A DNA stretch of 64,000 nt from NCBI GenBank assembly GCA_963736005.1, contig CAVTNB010000001.1, forward strand, positions 320,001-384,000. Reading direction: 5' to 3'. Each line of letters starts with the position of its first letter. The stretch's first letter is position 1. Of the stretch, positions 48,492-57,394 are shown piece after piece. The position numbers and the translations under genes were made by a program. The DNA is from an uncultured Pseudomonadota bacterium (GTDB taxonomy: Bacteria > Vulcanimicrobiota > Vulcanimicrobiia > Eremiobacterales > Eremiobacteraceae). Below the pieces are notes generated by a model. That model made no database searches, was not told where the DNA came from, and worked only from the letters and a program-made list of their open reading frames with translations.

Positions 48492-49373
48492 TCAGTCCTT
48501 TGTAAAATAGTCTTCAGATTGGTACGCTCCCGTGCGCTCCTTTGTGAGCTGCATGAGAACGTCGTTTAGGAGCGAGCTTGCCCCAATGCGAAAGAACGCT
48601 GGACTCAGATAGTTGTCGCCGAGTGTCTCTTTGACAACGACGAGATATTGGAGGGCCTGTTTGGCCGTGCGCACACCGCCGGCCACTTTGACGCCGACCA
48701 GCCTTCCGTGCCGCTGCTCGTAGTCGCGCACTGCTTCGAGCATCGCGAGCGTAACCGGAAGGGTGGAAGCTGGTTGCACTTTTCCCGTGGAGGTTTTGAT
48801 AAAGTCTGCTCCCGCTTCCATCGCGAGCCAACTGGCGCGGCGGATATTGTCGTAGGTCACGAGCTCGCCAGTTTCCAGAATCACTTTCAGGATAGCCGGG
48901 CGCGTTGCTTCTCTCACCGCGGCGATCTCATCTGCGACCACTCGGTAGTTGCCCGACAAAAATGCGCCTCGATCGATGACCATGTCGATCTCGTCGGCAC
49001 CGGCCTGCAGCGCCTCGCGAGCGTCCTGCACCTTGACGTCAAGTTCGCTCTGGCCACTGGGGAACGAAGTGGCAACCGATGCCACCCTTACGTTAGTTCC
49101 CGCCAGCGCGCCCTTTGCCGCCGAAACAAGCTTGGGATAGACGCAGACCGCGGCTACAGAGGGCAGGGTGCGGTCATTGGGGTCGGGCACGATTGCTTTA
49201 CGGCAAAGCTGGCGAACGCGCTCTTGCGTGTCCTTGCCCTCAAGCGTGGTGAGGTCCATACATGCGATGGCCAGGTGAAGGCCAAGGACCTTGGATTGCT
49301 TCTTGATGCTGCGCGTGGCAAGCGTGGCCGCTCGCTCTTCCAACCCGACGGCATCGACTGTCATAAAGGCCAC
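48492..49373 (-). CDS. deoC: Deoxyribose-phosphate aldolase (long type)
   Basis: DLTTL, AAVCVYP, GADEIDMVI, LKVILETGEL, FIKTSTGK, KVAGG, RIGASSL. Confidence 0.95.
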   Translation of the reverse strand: MAFMTVDAVGLEERAATLATRSIKKQSKVLGLHLAIACMDLTTLEGKDTQERVRQLCRKAIVPDPNDRTLPSVAAVCVYPKLVSAAKGALAGTNVRVASVATSFPSGQSELDVKVQDAREALQAGADEIDMVIDRGAFLSGNYRVVADEIAAVREATRPAILKVILETGELVTYDNIRRASWLAMEAGADFIKTSTGKVQPASTLPVTLAMLEAVRDYEQRHGRLVGVKVAGGVRTAKQALQYLVVVKETLGDNYLSPAFFRIGASSLLNDVLMQLTKERTGAYQSEDYFTKD

Positions 49374-49408
49374 GAGCAGGGCTTCGACTTTGGAGTCTGC
49401 GTACCCGT

Positions 49409-50800
49409 CTAAGGATAGCAGTACGAGTCAGACGATGCATCGCCGCCTTCCAAGCGGACCTGGTGTGCACGCCGATCCGAAAACTCCACGAAGAATTTCT
49501 TGTCGGCCGTTATGCCGCCATCGGCACCAACATCGAGCTTAGCCATCCACCCTTTGATGCCATCGGGGTAAAACTGTTCGTCCCAAGAACGATAGAGCGA
49601 GTTGGTAAAGTAAACCCGCTTGCCATCACGACTGATTTCAACCATCTGTGGTCCACCGTTGAGCGCCTGACCCGGTTTGCCAGGATGCTCTGCGCGGCGC
49701 ACGATCCCACCCAAATGTATCGAACCGGTGAGCTTTGGCTTGAATGGATCGGAAACGTCGTACTGACGCATTTCGCCCGTGCCCCAACATGAAACGTACA
49801 GGAAGCGATCGTCGAGCGAGAGATCAATGTCTGATACCAGCGGCGGTACCGCTTTGAATCCTTTGAGCAGCGGTGGCAACTGGTCAGGGTCGGCCGGCTC
49901 TGCTGGAATATCGATGACCTTTGTAGCCGCCCACTTGTGCTCATCCCAATGCCAGACCCAGATGGAACTCGAGAGGTCCTTCAACGAAATGACAACGTTG
50001 ACGAAGCCATAGGCCTTCGTGGGGTCATGCGATGGGCGTAGTTCGAGTGCGGCTTGGTGCTCTGCACCGAGGTCCACCGTCTGCAAGTGCTTACGTTTGC
50101 GCAAATCCCAGAAGTGGAGCTGGTGACCGTACTGTCCGGCGAGCAGCAGCTCTGCATTGAGACCGTCCTCGATCATCTTGGGCGTGCCCCACTCGCTCGT
50201 CACCAAAATGTCGTGACCGAGATGCCAAAAGAAATCGTAGGCAAGGTACTGCGGCCCGCGATCGACCTCCCAACGCCCCAACACGTTGAAGTTGAAGTGA
50301 TCCAGCAAAAGGATGCCTCCTGGCCCTTCTCCCTGCGCATTGCCAAGCGCGCTGATGTAGATGCCGTCAGGTCCGCAATGCGTGGTATGCAGCCGCGAAT
50401 ACCCGGTGCGCTCGATGACTTCTTTCGGTTCGAGCACCCTGACAATCTTCGGTTTGCGCGGATCCGCTTTCGTGTCGAGAATATAAATGCGTGAGGATCG
50501 CAGACCGGTGACGACTAGATAGCGGCGCTCCACATGAGGATGCGGCGCATATGGACAGAGCGCAGAGCTGCATGCATTCCAGCCGAAGTGATGTAGTTCG
50601 TCGCCCTCGTGGGGCATTTCCACTTCGCCAACAAGTTTGCCATAGGAACCGGACTGCGGATCCGTGTCGACGACTGCCATCGCATCGCGCTTAGCCTTGC
50701 CGTTGACGCTCAGCATCGCGACATAGGCAAGGTTCTCGCGCGGAGCTTGCATCGCAGACTTGGCCGATGGGTAAAACGTTGGATCCGGACGGAGCTGCAT
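49409..50800 (-). CDS. Selenium-binding protein SBP56 / methanethiol oxidase family
   Basis: GDELHHFGWNACSS, HTTHC, YDFFW, SEWG, SLDDRFLYVSCW, GGPQM, WDEQFYP, GGDASSD. Confidence 0.93.
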   Translation of the reverse strand: MQLRPDPTFYPSAKSAMQAPRENLAYVAMLSVNGKAKRDAMAVVDTDPQSGSYGKLVGEVEMPHEGDELHHFGWNACSSALCPYAPHPHVERRYLVVTGLRSSRIYILDTKADPRKPKIVRVLEPKEVIERTGYSRLHTTHCGPDGIYISALGNAQGEGPGGILLLDHFNFNVLGRWEVDRGPQYLAYDFFWHLGHDILVTSEWGTPKMIEDGLNAELLLAGQYGHQLHFWDLRKRKHLQTVDLGAEHQAALELRPSHDPTKAYGFVNVVISLKDLSSSIWVWHWDEHKWAATKVIDIPAEPADPDQLPPLLKGFKAVPPLVSDIDLSLDDRFLYVSCWGTGEMRQYDVSDPFKPKLTGSIHLGGIVRRAEHPGKPGQALNGGPQMVEISRDGKRVYFTNSLYRSWDEQFYPDGIKGWMAKLDVGADGGITADKKFFVEFSDRRAHQVRLEGGDASSDSYCYP

Positions 50801-50870
50801 GGGTTGTGTCCCCCGTGATCGCGGATGCGAAGAGTTCGTCAAGATAGCGCCTGCGACTCGGGAAATCCTG

Positions 50871-51518
50871 TCACGCAAAGAGCAGGATCGCACCGCTAAT
50901 GACGAGCGCAACTGCCCACACGAGGTCGAAATTCAACCAAGCCTTTCGTAAGATTTGTAGGCCTAGCCGATCGTAAACAATGATGGCGACGACCGTCATG
51001 GTGAGAAGATAGCCAAACGTGTGTACGGCGACGGCGACAAGCCACAGTCCAAAAGGCACTACGCGTGACGCAACGACAGGCATTCCCGGCATGTGCATCT
51101 GCTGCATGCTCTTAGCCCCTACAGGCAGCAGAAAGGGCAGGAGCATCAACCCCGCGCCGTGGCCGGTCGCCATAAGGAACGCCCATGCAACGAGCCCCGA
51201 GAAGCCGACTCGCATGCCAACCCAGCGGAAATGACGGGCACGCAGCCCTCGATAGAGACCAAATCCGATGAGAATCGCGGCTGCTCCATACTTGAGGTAG
51301 ACTTGCGGCAACGTTGCTTGCAGCAAGGCTGCAAATGCAATGATTCCAAGAACCGAGACGACGTGGCCGATGGCGATCGGAGGAAGCGCAGCGAAGACGG
51401 CTCTTCGGCTGCGCTCCTGCAAGCCAAGCGCGACGGCGAAGAGCCACCCCATGCCTGGATTGACGCCATGGTAGCACCCCAAAAGGAAAAGCGCTGACCA
51501 AAACCAGGTGTGCGTCAC
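50871..51518 (-). CDS. Six-TM membrane protein associated with SBP56
   Basis: GCYHGVNPGMGWLFAVA, IAIGH, MATGHGAGLML, VHT, LRKAWLNFDLVW. Confidence 0.85.
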   Translation of the reverse strand: MTHTWFWSALFLLGCYHGVNPGMGWLFAVALGLQERSRRAVFAALPPIAIGHVVSVLGIIAFAALLQATLPQVYLKYGAAAILIGFGLYRGLRARHFRWVGMRVGFSGLVAWAFLMATGHGAGLMLLPFLLPVGAKSMQQMHMPGMPVVASRVVPFGLWLVAVAVHTFGYLLTMTVVAIIVYDRLGLQILRKAWLNFDLVWAVALVISGAILLFA

Positions 51519-51554
51519 GCTACTGAGCAGCCAGTCCGCATGCTAAGCGCAGTT

Positions 51555-51628
51555 TGGGCGATCGAGGACTCGAACCTCGGACCTCATCCTTATCAGGGAT
51601 GCGCTCTAACCACCTGAGCTAATCGCCC
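51555..51628 (-). tRNA. tRNA-Ile(GAT)
   Basis: Cloverleaf; anticodon arm CATCC-CTGATAA-GGATG. Confidence 0.95.
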
Positions 51629-51781
51629 GGACCGACAACGCCAAGCATATTCTTGCGCGATAAAGGCTGTCGGCCTGCCGGCATGGGCGGGTTGCAACCC
51701 GTAACCTCCGTCATTATCGGCAACGCGCGCTCTCGCACTCAAGGTACGGGCGAAGCCACTCGTGTAAAAAATCGTGCGTTT

Positions 51782-51854
51782 GGGGGATTAGCTCAGTTGG
51801 TAGAGCGCGTGCTTTGCAAGCATGAGGTCAGCGGTTCGAATCCGCTATCCTCCA
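51782..51854 (+). tRNA. tRNA-Ala(TGC)
   Basis: Cloverleaf; G3:U70; loop TTTGCAA. Confidence 0.95.
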
Positions 51855-51916
51855 CTTTGGCAGTTGCGCTTTGGAAGAAAGCTTCAACCCCTATTGAGGA
51901 TTGGTCATTAGGCTTG

Positions 51917-53245
51917 CTAATTGCGCACATCGATGCGCCCCAGGGGCAGTTCAACGCGCCCGCCAGTGGATAGGTGCGCAGCTGGTCGAGTAGGATTCTT
52001 TGTTGTGAGTGGGAGGACGCAGCGCACTTGTGCACCACCACCAGGCGCATTGCTCAGCTCGATCCGTCCATCAAAGGCGTCTATGATAGATTTGGCAATC
52101 GCCAGGCCCAACCCATAGCCAGCAGCGCGCGCGCGTACCTCGTCGTCGCGCCAAAAACGTTCGAATCCGCGGACAATGGCGGTAGCACTGAATCCCACGC
52201 CATTGTCGCAAACTAACACTTCACCACGATGATCCGCTACGCGCACGCGAACGGCTACGCTGCCGTACCGCGGCGCATACTTGATTGCATTTTGCACGAG
52301 CGCTGCCACCGCGCAAGTGAACGATGCTTCGTCTCCCTCTACAAAGATCGGGCCTTCAGTGTGGCAAGCGAGTGCAACACATCGCTCTGCGCTGATAGGG
52401 AGTAGTCGCTGGCAGACCGTTTCGCAGAGCGCTGAAATGTCGATCGTGCCTCGCATTCGACGATCCGCCTCTGCTCGCGCTATTGCGAGCATATCATCGA
52501 TCAGGATAGTCATCCTGTTCGCCTCTCGTTGAATCGACCTCAAGGCATCGCGACATCCGGTGGAACTGCAGCCATTTTCGATCGCGAGATCTGTTTCCGC
52601 GCGGATTACGGATAGTGGCGTTCTCAACTCGTGGGAAGCATCAGCGGTAAAGCGGCGTTGGCGCTCCAGAGCATCGTTAAGAGCATGGCGCGAAACCTTG
52701 TCGATGATCACGGTGCCGAGGACGCCGATTGTAAGGATAGCACCCACAAGGGTCCATAAAACCGCGCCCTCCATCTCGCGTAACCATTCTTCGGGACGCC
52801 AGACCACAATAGTGCCGAACCTCATTCCCCCGTGAATGACTGGCCGGATGTAGACGCGCAGCTGATCAACCCCCTGCCCAAGTGACTCGAATGAATCGGT
52901 TGAGCCCGGGCGCGAGACGAATTTCGTGATATCTGCGGGGATGCTCGACGCACTGCTCATCAACGTCGCCCCGGAGCGACCGAAAATTGCGCCGTTTACT
53001 TGCAGGGTGAGTGTGTGGTTGAATTGGCGAATGTCAGCTGCATCGAGGTGGAGATCGTACTTACCATAATCCGCCAAAGCCTCGAGCGCCTCGGCGGTCA
53101 CCGTTAATCGGGTATCGAGAGAACCCCTAACGACGCCATGAAGAGTGATCAGTGCAATAGTTGAGAGAACGAGCAAGCCACCCAAGAGCATTGCCGTTGA
53201 CGTGAGAACTAACCGTTCTCGCGGCGTTGCGAAACGCAGTTGCAT
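51917..53245 (-). CDS. Two-component sensor histidine kinase
   Basis: 2 TM; ADASHELRTPL, NAIKY, DNGVG, GLGLAI. Confidence 0.92.
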   Translation of the reverse strand: MQLRFATPRERLVLTSTAMLLGGLLVLSTIALITLHGVVRGSLDTRLTVTAEALEALADYGKYDLHLDAADIRQFNHTLTLQVNGAIFGRSGATLMSSASSIPADITKFVSRPGSTDSFESLGQGVDQLRVYIRPVIHGGMRFGTIVVWRPEEWLREMEGAVLWTLVGAILTIGVLGTVIIDKVSRHALNDALERQRRFTADASHELRTPLSVIRAETDLAIENGCSSTGCRDALRSIQREANRMTILIDDMLAIARAEADRRMRGTIDISALCETVCQRLLPISAERCVALACHTEGPIFVEGDEASFTCAVAALVQNAIKYAPRYGSVAVRVRVADHRGEVLVCDNGVGFSATAIVRGFERFWRDDEVRARAAGYGLGLAIAKSIIDAFDGRIELSNAPGGGAQVRCVLPLTTKNPTRPAAHLSTGGRVELPLGRIDVRN

Positions 53246-53934
53246 CAGGACTCCGATGAGGGACCAAACCGATAGCCTGCACCGCGGATGGTCTGGAGTA
53301 TCGGTGGTTCTGCTTCGGCGCACAACTGAGAACGCAGACGGCTGACATACACTGCGATCACGTTGTCGGCATCCGATTCGTCATCACGATTAAAGAGCGC
53401 CTGCTCCAGCATACGCCGCGTCACGAGCCGGCACGCGTTGCGCATGAAGTATTCAAGAAAGGCAAATTCGCGCGCAGTAAGGAGCAGTTCACGCGCGCCC
53501 CGGTAAGCCCGGCGCGCAGCAAGGTCGAGACACACATCTCCCACCCTTAATTCGGCAAGCGGTGCGACCGTGGACAACTCGCGTCGCGTCAGCGCGAGCA
53601 ATCTAGCCTCGAGTTCGCGAAAGACAAACGGCTTGCGCACGTAGTCCTCAGCACCAGCGTTGAGGCCCTCAACCGTATCGTCGACCGTATCACGTGAAGT
53701 GAGGATGAGGACCGGTGTCTGAACCCTTTGACCGCGTAGCGTACGCAAAACCGTCAATCCATCGCGAATCGGCAGATTCAGATCGAGCACAATAGCGTCG
53801 TAGTTCCCGCCAAGTGCGCAGTCCTCGCCCACCAGACCATTGTACGCAACATCGACGACATGACCGCGTTGCTTGAGGCCACGCTGCAAAACATCGCACA
53901 GAGGCTCATCATCTTCGATGACTAGCAGCTTCAT
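53245..53934 (-). CDS. OmpR-family response regulator
   Basis: LVIEDD, LDLNLP..DG, KPF, VYVSRLR, TIRGAGY. Confidence 0.95.
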   Translation of the reverse strand: MKLLVIEDDEPLCDVLQRGLKQRGHVVDVAYNGLVGEDCALGGNYDAIVLDLNLPIRDGLTVLRTLRGQRVQTPVLILTSRDTVDDTVEGLNAGAEDYVRKPFVFRELEARLLALTRRELSTVAPLAELRVGDVCLDLAARRAYRGARELLLTAREFAFLEYFMRNACRLVTRRMLEQALFNRDDESDADNVIAVYVSRLRSQLCAEAEPPILQTIRGAGYRFGPSSES

Positions 53935-54032
53935 TGGACAATCATTCCTTGCGCAGCTTGACTAAACCTAACTGCGACCTTCAGGAACCCTCGATTTCTC
54001 TAAGCGCCACCGTCTGCCCCCCGGCGCCAAAA

Positions 54033-56753
54033 TTACAGCCGGTATTGCACGGTGAACATCACTTGCGTCGCCGGCAATCCGTACAGTTCGCTACCCTGCG
54101 TCAGGGAGCTTGTATCGGTTCCGAACTGGTTCTCAGGCTGGAATGTCCCGAGACCAATGAGCCCATATCGGCTTGTTGCGGCGCTGTTGAATAAGTTATT
54201 GATGCCGAGCGTGAACGTAGCTAAGCCGGCGGTTTTCGATGCAGAGGCATTCGTCCACCAAAACGGAGGATGATTGATCGCATTGTTCTGATCCATGTAA
54301 TTGTACTCAACTCGCATATCAACGCCGGCGGTGCGTTCGAAAGCGACGGAATATTTGTGCAGCGGAACGCCCTCGAGTTGCGAGTTGTTGATGATGGTAA
54401 AGTTTTGCTGCAGGATTGAGTCGGGCACGCCGATGTAGAACGCCGACTGGGTATCATATACGTAGTCTGCAAAGAGATTATCCGCTAGGTACTCTCTTCC
54501 CGACAGCTCGATGCCGCGATACCGAGCTGCGGCCGCATTGAAGGTTGTATTCACCGCGAGGTTCGCGATAGTCGGATTGGGGATGTTCGGACAGATAGAA
54601 GCGATCTTGTTAAGATAGAGTTGAATCGTTTGCTGCGGCACCGTATTACCAACGGCAGTGAAAGGAAGCGTGCCTGAAAAGAGTGCGCCTTGTTCGTTTG
54701 ACTGGTAGAGATTGAGTTGCAACGAGTTGTCGCCATTGAATCGGTGGCCGAAGGCAAATTCATAATCGGTTGCCTTCTCGGGGCCCAGATTTCGATCGGC
54801 GACGTCGCCGATCGTAGATTGTAGGTTCCCCGCGCAGTTTGGGAAGAAACTGCCGACGTTGCCGTTGACCGCGGGAGCGGCAAAAACCAGAGACGGTTGC
54901 GGAACGCTGGTGGAATGCCCTGCTGTCACACGCAACACGTCTGCGCCGGATGGCCTAAACATGACCGAGACCCGTGGGTCGAAGGAGGTAACCGGCGTTA
55001 CGTTTGCATGCTTCAGCCACAAGTTGAGAAAGAACGAGAGCCGACTATTCGGGTATATTTGATCGTTGATAAAATAGCCCGTGTCATTTATATCGAACGG
55101 TTGCAGGAATACGATCTGATTTATCACTTGGTTGGGGTTTGTAACATTATCCGGAAATTGATCGTTTGTTATTTCTTGATGTTCGAGCGAGTACCCGAAG
55201 CCAAAATCGTTCTTCGACGAGGCGATATCATCGGTAACGAGCAGCCCGTGGGTAACAAAGAAGTGTGATCGAAAAAATGCTGAGGCAACCGCACGATTAA
55301 AGTCAGTCGTGTAGTTGTCAACGTAGCCGTCGACGATGAACGTGTTATTGTTGGTCGACTTGGTGAATCTAGCGTCGTAGTCCTGATTTTTGATGGCCTG
55401 CCAAGGCCCGGGGCCGCCACCCGCTGGACCCGAGCTCTGTTGAGCATACTGACTGGGCGCAAGGCACTTGAACTTGGGGGGAGCGTCGACAAGAACGGCG
55501 ATCGATCCCGTACAGGTCTCGGTGGTCCCGTTCGGAAGCGTCACTTGGGTCTGGTTGCCATTTTGAAGCAGCGCTTCCTGCGCATTGTGGAGTTGAAACG
55601 CGTAAGGAAGATTGTCTTGATCACCGTTACCGGTCTTATCGTCCCAGGACGTGGTCGAAAAGGTGGTGAGTTGCAACTTCGTTGAGCCGTCAAAGCTGTA
55701 TACGAGCTTTGCCAAGTCGTTGCGTAAGACGTAGTTCCCTGAAACCGCGTATGTGTTCGCGATTTCGTTTGCCGAAGTCAAATTATTACCCAACAGGCCG
55801 CGCTCGGTGATCTGTTCGGGTGCAAACTGGCCATAGGTTCCCTGAACCGCGTGCATTAACGCGTACCCGAGTTTGCTAATGGTTCCTGTCGTTTGAAGTC
55901 CGGTCAGCAGTTTGCCGTCGTTGCCGATGCCCTGCTCGATAACAGTGCTGTTTCTCAGCGTTGGTTCGAGCGTTTGGTAATCCACCGTCCCCGCGATCGT
56001 ATCGACTCCGTAGAGACCGGTTGCGCCGGAACCGTAGGTCACCTGGATTCCACGGAGGCCAAAGAACGGAGACACTTGCGAATCGTACGTGTTGAAGGCA
56101 TTGACCGCTGATCCCAGCGGCCCAATTTGGTGGCCATCCAAGAGCGTGGCGGTCTCGCTCGGGTTGTAGCCGCGGATGGTGAGGAAAAGATCGTCTCCCA
56201 CGGCATTGCTGGTCGAGGCAGTAATCCCCGGTAGGATGCCGACCGCGTCGGCCGCGCGAACGAAATTCTCCGCCTGAAGGCGCTGCTGGGGAATGGTCTG
56301 ATTGATCGTCGCGCTGCTTTGGAGTGCTCTACCACCGCTTGTGACCAATACGGTTCCAATCTGTCGCACTCCGCTGGCAATGCGCCTGATTGCGGTTCGA
56401 ATCTCGGTCGCGTGTCCAGCAACCACGAGAACCTGCGAGACCTGGCTACGCTCGTAGCCAGACACGTCAACAACGATGGAATACATCCCGGGAGCGGCGG
56501 CGAGAAAACTGAACGAGCCGTCGCTAGCGGTGAGCGTTTCAGCGACTTTGCGATCCCCTTGATCTAGGTCCACTCGTGCGGCCACGATTGGCAAGCCACC
56601 GTTGGAATCGACGATTGTTCCTGTAACCGACCCCGTGGAAGCGGCAGTGGCTTGTGCGCTCGCCGCCTCGGCGAACCCCAAAGCCGCCAACCCAACTGAC
56701 AGCACCGTCGCAACGATCGCGATCGAAAGAACCTTCCGCCAGTTAGTCATCAA
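54033..56753 (-). CDS. TonB-dependent receptor with N-terminal carboxypeptidase regulatory-like domain
   Basis: Signal peptide; GSVTGTI; LPGI..IRG..LLDG..G.VDY plug; PRVSV; LGPEKA; C-terminal FTVQYRL. Confidence 0.9.
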   Translation of the reverse strand: MMTNWRKVLSIAIVATVLSVGLAALGFAEAASAQATAASTGSVTGTIVDSNGGLPIVAARVDLDQGDRKVAETLTASDGSFSFLAAAPGMYSIVVDVSGYERSQVSQVLVVAGHATEIRTAIRRIASGVRQIGTVLVTSGGRALQSSATINQTIPQQRLQAENFVRAADAVGILPGITASTSNAVGDDLFLTIRGYNPSETATLLDGHQIGPLGSAVNAFNTYDSQVSPFFGLRGIQVTYGSGATGLYGVDTIAGTVDYQTLEPTLRNSTVIEQGIGNDGKLLTGLQTTGTISKLGYALMHAVQGTYGQFAPEQITERGLLGNNLTSANEIANTYAVSGNYVLRNDLAKLVYSFDGSTKLQLTTFSTTSWDDKTGNGDQDNLPYAFQLHNAQEALLQNGNQTQVTLPNGTTETCTGSIAVLVDAPPKFKCLAPSQYAQQSSGPAGGGPGPWQAIKNQDYDARFTKSTNNNTFIVDGYVDNYTTDFNRAVASAFFRSHFFVTHGLLVTDDIASSKNDFGFGYSLEHQEITNDQFPDNVTNPNQVINQIVFLQPFDINDTGYFINDQIYPNSRLSFFLNLWLKHANVTPVTSFDPRVSVMFRPSGADVLRVTAGHSTSVPQPSLVFAAPAVNGNVGSFFPNCAGNLQSTIGDVADRNLGPEKATDYEFAFGHRFNGDNSLQLNLYQSNEQGALFSGTLPFTAVGNTVPQQTIQLYLNKIASICPNIPNPTIANLAVNTTFNAAAARYRGIELSGREYLADNLFADYVYDTQSAFYIGVPDSILQQNFTIINNSQLEGVPLHKYSVAFERTAGVDMRVEYNYMDQNNAINHPPFWWTNASASKTAGLATFTLGINNLFNSAATSRYGLIGLGTFQPENQFGTDTSSLTQGSELYGLPATQVMFTVQYRL

Positions 56754-57057
56754 CGAACACCCCTTTCAGAACGCTTCTTCGCCGCCATAAGGAGAGTTGG
56801 CGTCGGAATCACGAGACGCGTCGGAGTTGTGGAATTTTTGAAAACGGCGGTGAGGCCCGCCGAGCTATCCGGCCGCGCCCCGTGTTCATCATAACGCCGA
56901 AATATTACTCTCACCTTTCAGACTTAGACCTTCAAGGCGCACTGCTGAAAGAGCATGCTCCCTAGAATCGAGGCGGAAATATTTCCACGCGCATGAGAGC
57001 AAGGGCTGCGTCTTACGCAGGCGAACGTGGCAGACGCGCGTGGGAGGCGCGACCGCG

Positions 57058-57394
57058 ATGTCGTCGCGCAGGTTTTTTCTGAGTTGTGCTCTTTCCGCCG
57101 CCGGCCTCCTGACGTCAGATCTCGTGGAGTGCAGCTCGTCCTTCCTCGGGACCCACGCCAACTCCAGTCCCGACAACCTCTGCGCCAACGGCACCAACGG
57201 CTTTGGCCAAGGAACTCGCGGCATCGCTGCAACGGAGTCTACCGAACGCAAAGCTATCCGAAGCGATAACCGCGAAGATTGCATCCGATATCCAAGACGG
57301 TTTCGCAATCAACAAAGCATTCACAAATGTTGACAATAAGAACCTTCCTCCACCGGATTTTATTTTTAGCGCTGACAACGAGCACCGGCCATGA
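57058..57394 (+). pseudogene. Frameshifted small Tat-signal protein coupled to the amidase
   Basis: GGGAGG RBS; MSSRRFFL...AAGLL in one frame; AARPSSGPTPTP...ALAKELAASLQ...LPPPDFIFS in the +1 frame; stop overlaps the amidase ATG (ATGA). Confidence 0.6.

Noticed and set aside
49409..50911. Extended N-termini from the ORF track (SBP56, tadA, ruvX, cdd, rpmE, SSADH, kinase, DHFR-like)
   Set aside because: They overlap upstream genes or tRNAs; downstream starts match family N-termini, RBS or stop-start coupling
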